From assembly GCA_965219085.1 (NCBI GenBank), contig OZ244720.1, forward strand, positions 480,001 to 544,000: 64,000 nt of DNA, read 5' to 3'. The stretch comes from Dehalococcoidia bacterium (lineage in GTDB: Bacteria > Chloroflexota > Dehalococcoidia > UBA2979). Shown here in pieces: positions 58,567 through 64,000 of the stretch. The notes beneath the pieces were generated by a model. It made no database searches and had not been told where the DNA came from. It worked only from the letters and a program-made list of their open reading frames with translations. Position numbers and translations under genes: made by a program. Within the stretch, counting starts at the first letter, position 1. Each line of letters opens with the position of its first letter.

Positions 58567-59769
58567 TCAGACCACCACCAGCGGCACGCGCATCTCCGAC
58601 GGGGTCAGCCCGGCGTGGTGCGAGCGCTGCTGCAGCCCCTGCCGCGAAGCCCGCGAGGGGTAGAAGCCCAGCACCGTTGCGCCCCGCGAGATCGCCATGA
58701 AGTCGCCGAGCCGCTGGGTCGTCAGCGGGGCGAGCGGCTCGGGGCCGAGCAGCCCCAGCTCCTCGACCTCGGCGGTGGTGAGGAGGAAGAAGTGCTCGCC
58801 GAAGCTCGCACGGAAGCGCTCCTCGAAGCGCTCGTGCTCGCGCGGGCGCACGTGGAACTCGAGGACTCGGGCGTCGCCCGACGGCGGACTGGCGAGGAGT
58901 TCGGGGATGCCGTGGGAGTCGCGGATCATGAGGCGCTCCTCGGGATCCACGCCGAGGTGACCGTGGTCCGCGGTCACCACCACCGCGGTCGACAAGCCGA
59001 GCTCCGATTTGAGGTCCGCGACGAGGCGGTCGATCGCGACGATGCCGGCGCGGGCGCCGATGCTCTCCGGCCCGCTGTGGTGCGCTTCGTTGTCGATGTG
59101 CGGCACGTAGACGTAGACGAACGTGGGCTCGTCGGCCCCCATCACCGTCTCCATGATCGAGCCGAACGTGCCGGCCAGGGACCGGTAACCGGCGGCGGCC
59201 GGGCCACCGGCCCAGTAGCGCGAGTAGACGCTGCGCGCGATATTGCGGGGCATCAGGAAGTGGCAGAGCCGCCGCATCCGCGGCGCCATGCTGGGCACGG
59301 GGAAGGCCTCTTCGGGCCGCACGCCGAGGTCGATGAGCGAGCGATTATCCGACCGGCGGCGGTACTGCAGGATCGTGGCCGGGCCGCCGATCTCCTCGAT
59401 GTGCGTCCACCAGCCCGTCACCGCGTGGCGAGCGGGCCACTCGCCCGTGGCGAGCGAGGTCAGCGCGACGGCCGTCGACGCGGGGAATACCGTGCGAATC
59501 TCGTTTCGCAAGTGGTCGCGCAGCGTGCGGGCCGCCTCCTCGCGCTCCAGCATCTCGAGGCCGAGCCCGTCGGCGAGGATGAGCACGAGGTGCTCGCGCT
59601 CGGCGAGCGAGCCCGCGAGTTCGCTCGCGAACGGCGAGAGGGAGAGCCCGCGGGCGCCGCTGGCGGCTGCCACGGCGCGTGAGACGTCGACGAGGTTGGG
59701 CAGGGCGGGGTCGGGGCGCAGCAGCGTGCCCGCGTCGAACGCGGCGAGCAGTTCGGCGGCGTCGGACAT
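58567..59769 (-). CDS. Alkaline phosphatase superfamily (nucleotide pyrophosphatase-like)
   Basis: ILADGLG, FPASTAVALTSLATG, DNEAH, TADHG, HHAGLT..EM.VP. Confidence 0.88.
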   Translation of the reverse strand: MSDAAELLAAFDAGTLLRPDPALPNLVDVSRAVAAASGARGLSLSPFASELAGSLAEREHLVLILADGLGLEMLEREEAARTLRDHLRNEIRTVFPASTAVALTSLATGEWPARHAVTGWWTHIEEIGGPATILQYRRRSDNRSLIDLGVRPEEAFPVPSMAPRMRRLCHFLMPRNIARSVYSRYWAGGPAAAGYRSLAGTFGSIMETVMGADEPTFVYVYVPHIDNEAHHSGPESIGARAGIVAIDRLVADLKSELGLSTAVVVTADHGHLGVDPEERLMIRDSHGIPELLASPPSGDARVLEFHVRPREHERFEERFRASFGEHFFLLTTAEVEELGLLGPEPLAPLTTQRLGDFMAISRGATVLGFYPSRASRQGLQQRSHHAGLTPSEMRVPLVVV

Positions 59770-59834
59770 CCGCGCAACTCCTGCCTGGGCTGACGCTATC
59801 ATGAAGGGCGCCGGACGTTACGGCCCACGACGAC

Positions 59835-62066
59835 GTGCAGGCGGGCCTGCCGCCCGCGAATGCGATTGCGCCGATGCCTCCTCCGGACGCCCTCGACGCC
59901 GATAGCATCGCCGCTCAACTCGGGGCGGCCTATGCGGCGATCGACGCCGGCGAGCGCGTGCGGCACCCCGACCTGATTGCCAACATCCGCGAGCGGGGCG
60001 ATATCGCCGGCGAGTCACGGCCGCTCGCCGGCGGGGCGCACGCGGTGACCGTCGCCGCGGCTGATGTTCCGGGCGCGCTTTCGCTGATCGCCGGTGCGCT
60101 CACCGCCCACGGCTTCGACATCGGGACGGGCGACCTGTTCACGGTGCGTCGCCCCGTCGCGCAGCGAGCGATCCCGCGAGCCGGGCGCTTCGGGCCGCCG
60201 CGCGGGCGCCCCGGCATGCCGGCGGGCCGCCCGCCTGTGCGCGGCCCGAGCCAGCCCACAGAGTTGCTGCTCGACCGGTTCGTGGTGCGCGGGACCGTCG
60301 GCGCCGGCCCGTGGGACGCGATCCGCGCGGACCTCGGGAGCGCGTTCGCGCTGCTCGCGGCCGGTGACGCCGAGGCGGCGCAGACGCTCATCATCGAGGG
60401 CATCAGTGACACGCTGCCGCGCGCCGCAGCGCCGGTGCGCGCGATGGACCCGGTCGCCATCGAGATCGACACTGCCTCGGATCCCGATGCGACGATGCTG
60501 ACCATCGCCGGCGTCGATGAGCGCGGCTTCCTGTTCGAGTTCGCGAACGCGCTGGCCATGCTGCAGGTGTCGATCCGGCGCGCCGAGGTCCGCACCGAGG
60601 GCAGCGCGAGCCACGACACGTTCTGGGTCACCACCCGCGACGGCTCGAAGCTCGAGGACCCCGCGCGCCTCGAGGAGTTGCGCGTGGTCGCGGTGCTGAT
60701 CCGCCAGTTCACCCTGCTCCTGCCGCTGGCGCCGGACCCCGGGCAGGCGCTGCGGCAGTTCGGGGCCCTCGTGCGCAGCATGCTCGCGTTCCACGAGCGG
60801 CGCGAGGCGATCGCGACGCTCGCCGATGAGCGCGTGCTCGAAACGCTGGCGGCGGCGCTTGGGGTCAGCCGCTACCTGTGGGAGGACTTCCTCCGCTTCC
60901 AGTACGAGAACCTGTTCCCGGTGCTCACCGACCGTCCGGCCCTGGACGCGGGCAAGTCCGTGGACCAACTGCACGAGGAGTTCCGCGGCGCGTCGCCGGG
61001 CGGCGGCCCGCCGGACGCCGCGGCGCTCAACGCGTTCAAGGACCGCGAGTTGTTCCGCATCGACCTGCGGCACATCAGCGGGCGCACGGGGTTCGTCGAT
61101 TTCTCGCGCGAGCTGTCAGACCTCGCCGGGGTGGTGGTCGGCGAGGCGGCCGCGCTCACCGAGCGGGCGCTGAGCGAGCGCCACGGCGGGCCCCGGCTCA
61201 CCTCGGGCGCGCCGTGCCGGTGGTCGATCGCCGCGCTCGGCAAGTTCGGTGGCCGCGAGATCGGGTTCGCGTCGGACCTCGAACTGCTCACGGTCTACGA
61301 GGGGCCCGGGACCAGCGACGGCGCCGCGGCGATCCCGAACGCGGCGTGGTTCGAGGCGTTCGTGCGCGGGGTGCGGGACGCCATCCAGGCGCCGCGCGAG
61401 GGCATCTTCGAGCTCGACCTGCGGTTGCGCCCGTACGGCGACAACGGGAGCCTGGCCAACTCGATCGACCAGTGCCGCAACTACTACTCGAAGCGCGGTG
61501 AGGCCCGGCAGTTCGAGCGCATGGCCCTGGTACGCCTGCGCCGCGTCGCGGGCGACGTCGGACTGGGGCGCACACTCGAGGCGCTCCGGGACGCCTTCGT
61601 GTACTCGGGCGCGCCGCTCGACATTGCGGAGCTGCTGCACATGCGCGGGCGGCAGGCGAGCGAGCTGGTCGCGGCGGGCGAACGCAACGCGAAGCACAGC
61701 TCCGGCGGCCTCGTCGACATCGAGTACTACGTGCAGACGCTCCAGATCCTTGCAGGAGCCACAGAGCCCTCGGTACGCACCCCCAACACGGTCGATGCGA
61801 TCGCCGCGCTCGCGGTGACAGGCCACGTCGGCTACGAGGACGCGGCGAAGCTGCCGGAGGCCTACTCGTTCCTGCGGCGGCTGATTGGTGCATTGCGCGT
61901 GGTGCGCGGAAACGCCCGCGACCTCACGATCCCGCCGGTCGGCTCGCGCGAGTTCGAGTACCTCTCGCGCCGCCTCTTCTACGAGACGCCCGAGGCGCTC
62001 GCGACAGCCATCGACGTGCGCATGGAGTACGCGTCGTCGCTGTGGAGCCGGCTGCCGGTGGAGTAA
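59835..62066 (+). CDS. GlnE/GlnD-related nucleotidyltransferase with N-terminal ACT domains
   Basis: ACT-like DVPGALSLIAG and DERGFLFEFA..DTFWVT; LGKFGGREIGFASDLE, DLRLRPYG, KHSSGGLVDIEY; start 59835 or 59874. Confidence 0.85.
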   Translation: MQAGLPPANAIAPMPPPDALDADSIAAQLGAAYAAIDAGERVRHPDLIANIRERGDIAGESRPLAGGAHAVTVAAADVPGALSLIAGALTAHGFDIGTGDLFTVRRPVAQRAIPRAGRFGPPRGRPGMPAGRPPVRGPSQPTELLLDRFVVRGTVGAGPWDAIRADLGSAFALLAAGDAEAAQTLIIEGISDTLPRAAAPVRAMDPVAIEIDTASDPDATMLTIAGVDERGFLFEFANALAMLQVSIRRAEVRTEGSASHDTFWVTTRDGSKLEDPARLEELRVVAVLIRQFTLLLPLAPDPGQALRQFGALVRSMLAFHERREAIATLADERVLETLAAALGVSRYLWEDFLRFQYENLFPVLTDRPALDAGKSVDQLHEEFRGASPGGGPPDAAALNAFKDRELFRIDLRHISGRTGFVDFSRELSDLAGVVVGEAAALTERALSERHGGPRLTSGAPCRWSIAALGKFGGREIGFASDLELLTVYEGPGTSDGAAAIPNAAWFEAFVRGVRDAIQAPREGIFELDLRLRPYGDNGSLANSIDQCRNYYSKRGEARQFERMALVRLRRVAGDVGLGRTLEALRDAFVYSGAPLDIAELLHMRGRQASELVAAGERNAKHSSGGLVDIEYYVQTLQILAGATEPSVRTPNTVDAIAALAVTGHVGYEDAAKLPEAYSFLRRLIGALRVVRGNARDLTIPPVGSREFEYLSRRLFYETPEALATAIDVRMEYASSLWSRLPVE

Positions 62067-62127
62067 GCGCGCGTTCGGGCGCGCCGTTCGGCGCGCATGG
62101 ACTCATCGAGCGTGCACGGGGGAATGC

Positions 62128-62204
62128 TGGCGACCCCGATCGGATTCGAACCGACGCTCTCCACCGTGACAGGGTGGCGTGTTAGACCGCTACACTACGG
62201 GGCC
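62128..62204 (-). tRNA. tRNA-Asp(GTC)
   Basis: GGCCCCGTAGTGTAGCGGTCTAACACG-CCACC-CT-GTC-AC-GGTGG-AGAGCGTCGGTTCGAATCCGATCGGGGTCGCCA; cloverleaf with encoded CCA. Confidence 0.97.
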
Positions 62205-62302
62205 GCGGAACGTATTGATGGTAGGGGCCGCCGCCAGCGAGGGCAATCGCGGGGGCGGTTCTCTCACGCGCGCGGCGCTGGTACGCTCGCCGGGGAGCCG
62301 AG

Positions 62303-62578
62303 ATGCCACAACGACCACGCAGCAGGCGCACCCGCAGTCGCCGTATCCAGCGACCGCGCGTCCCCGACGCGGCAGCCCTCGCGCCGCCCGGTGCGCCCGG
62401 TGCGCCCGCCGCACCCCAGCGGCAGAGCGCGCGCGCGACGGCCGCGAGCGAGCGTCCGGCCCGCCAGGTGGAGCGCGACACACCGTTCGTGCGCGGCGAG
62501 CTCATCAGGATCGGGATCGTGAGCGCTGTCTGCATGGGGCTGCTGCTCGCGCTGGTCGCCATCGACCGGCTCGGCTGA
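62303..62578 (+). CDS. Small basic protein with C-terminal TM helix
   Basis: TACGCT -10 and GGGGAG SD; FVRGELIRIGIV followed by a hydrophobic helix. Confidence 0.7.
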   Translation: MPQRPRSRRTRSRRIQRPRVPDAAALAPPGAPGAPAAPQRQSARATAASERPARQVERDTPFVRGELIRIGIVSAVCMGLLLALVAIDRLG

Positions 62579-62597
62579 GCCGGACCGTCGGCAGGCG

Positions 62598-63098
62598 TCA
62601 GGCGACGCGGTTCCAGGCGACGATCACGCCGATCACGAAGAAGACGGCCCCCGCGACATCCCTGAGCACCAGGTCGAAGTCGCCCGAGATCACCAGGCGG
62701 ACCCCGAAAGCCCCGGCGATCGCCCCCGCCGCGAAGAGCTGCATCGCCATGCCGCGCTTGCGGTTCGTCGCGCGGTCCAGCCCGGCGGCCACGCCCGAGC
62801 CGGCCGCGGCCCCGCCGATGAGGCCGAGCACGAGTCGAAGCAGGCCCCCGAAGGGCGAGGGCGGCAACAGGATGGCAGCGATGAAACCGATCAGGGCGGC
62901 GGCGGGAATCGCGACCGCCGCCGCACGCAGGTAGTGGCTCAGCTCCAGCTCGTACATCGGCGGTCGGCGCATCTGCGCGCAGTCCGGGCAGCGGATGCCG
63001 CCGGGGGCGTGGACCATGCACTGCGGGCAGATCGGCGTCTCGCAGCGGCCGCAACTGAGCTCGGTCTCCGTGCGCGGGTGGCGCTCGCAGTACGCGAT
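62598..63098 (-). CDS. B-box-like zinc-finger membrane protein; probable ATC start
   Basis: In-frame (I)AYCERHPRTETELSCGRCETPICPQC-MVHAPGGIRCPDC plus about 4 TM segments; GAGGAG SD; in-frame TGA two codons upstream. Confidence 0.85.
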   Translation of the reverse strand: MAYCERHPRTETELSCGRCETPICPQCMVHAPGGIRCPDCAQMRRPPMYELELSHYLRAAAVAIPAAALIGFIAAILLPPSPFGGLLRLVLGLIGGAAAGSGVAAGLDRATNRKRGMAMQLFAAGAIAGAFGVRLVISGDFDLVLRDVAGAVFFVIGVIVAWNRVA

Positions 63099-63148
63099 GG
63101 GTCAGCTCCTCGCGCCTCGTTCCGGGCGAGGCCGCTACGGTCGGGCGC

Positions 63149-64000
63149 TCAGCTCACGGGCTCCGGTACCCGGCATCCCCGCTGGCGGGCGGCGTCGAGG
63201 AACGCGTCGACGACGGCGTCGGGGAGCGGGATCTCGCCCGGCTGGTGCTCGTCCTCACGCTCGATGCCGTGGTGGTCCGACCCGCCGAGCGCGAACACGC
63301 CGAGGCGCTCCGCCAGCGCAACGAGGCTCGCGACCATGACCGGGTCGTAGTGCTTGTAGTAGGCCTCGAGGCCGAACAGGCCGGCGTCGGCGAGCTCGCC
63401 GGCGATGCGCTCGTACTCCTTCGTGAAGCCGGGGTGTGCGAAGACGGCGATGCCCCCGGCGTTACCGATCATCTCGATCGCCTCGGGCGGCTCCAGCTTG
63501 GAGCGCTCGGCGTAGGCGGGGCCCTCGCGGCCGATGAAGCGGTCGAACGCCTCGCCGAAGGTCTCGATGTGGCCGGCTTCGAGCAGCGCCTGCGCGATAT
63601 GCGGGCGGCCCACGGACGCCTCGCCGGCGATCTCCTGCACGCGCTCCCACGTGATGGGCGCGCCGAGGCGTTCGAGCGCGCTGATGATGCGCTGCGCGCG
63701 GTCGATGCGGCCGGCGCGGAACGTCCCGAGTTGCTCCTGGAGCCGGGCGTCGTTGCGGTCGATGAAGTAGCCGAGGACGTGGACCTCGGTGCCGGGCACG
63801 TCGCAGGACAGCTCGACGCCGGGCACGAGCAGGAAGCCGGGGTGGCGCGCCGCCGCAGCCTCGGCTTCATCGAGGCCGTCGAGGGTGTCGTGGTCGGTCA
63901 GCGCCATGACGCGCACGCCGTGTTCGTAGGCGAGGTCGACGAGCTCGGTGGGCGAGCGGACGCCGTCTGAGTTCGTCGAGTGGGTGTGGAAGTCGCCCTT
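63149..64000 (-). CDS. PHP-domain metallophosphoesterase (start beyond window)
   Basis: DFHTHSTNSDG, ALTDHD, GVELS, HVLGY, GRPHIA, AHP, GGSDHHG. Confidence 0.92.
   Translation of the reverse strand, partial: KGDFHTHSTNSDGVRSPTELVDLAYEHGVRVMALTDHDTLDGLDEAEAAAARHPGFLLVPGVELSCDVPGTEVHVLGYFIDRNDARLQEQLGTFRAGRIDRAQRIISALERLGAPITWERVQEIAGEASVGRPHIAQALLEAGHIETFGEAFDRFIGREGPAYAERSKLEPPEAIEMIGNAGGIAVFAHPGFTKEYERIAGELADAGLFGLEAYYKHYDPVMVASLVALAERLGVFALGGSDHHGIEREDEHQPGEIPLPDAVVDAFLDAARQRGCRVPEPVS

Noticed and set aside
58567-59769. PglZ/BREX defence gene
   Set aside because: Short stand-alone alkaline-phosphatase-fold protein with no brx/pgl neighbours
62066-62204. Integrated element at tRNA-Asp
   Set aside because: No integrase and no duplicated tRNA 3' end noticed in the window

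Overview
High-GC bacterial chromosomal window. The paralog-rich catabolic content (acyl-CoA dehydrogenases, crotonases, fused CoA-transferase III, LLM oxidoreductase, DinB proteins, six MFS transporters) suggests Dehalococcoidia/SAR202-like Chloroflexota; this taxonomy is inference. It holds about 55 genes, a tRNA-Asp(GTC) and a bdhA-scoAB ketone-body operon. There are four type II toxin-antitoxin loci, two of them decayed, and a nested insertion (IS1380 inside IS3 inside a Leu/Val/Phe dehydrogenase) with both target-site duplications visible. Signals not shown by the ORF track: (1) a shared short motif T-H-x-G-M-A-[DE] in the low-complexity C-terminal tails of three MFS transporters from two subfamilies, with a possible fourth; (2) a DsbA/FrnE-like protein with an in-frame TGA in a U-P-W-C site followed by a SECIS-like hairpin, a probable selenoprotein; (3) two genes that appear to start at ATC behind strong Shine-Dalgarno sites; (4) a low-GC 39-aa hydrophobic peptide gene with a structured leader, resembling a type I toxin; (5) an ACT-ACT-GlnE-type nucleotidyltransferase; (6) an unexplained triple direct repeat and an intergenic hairpin array. 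No CRISPR array, rRNA or prophage was seen. All family calls come from motif recognition by eye, not database searches.
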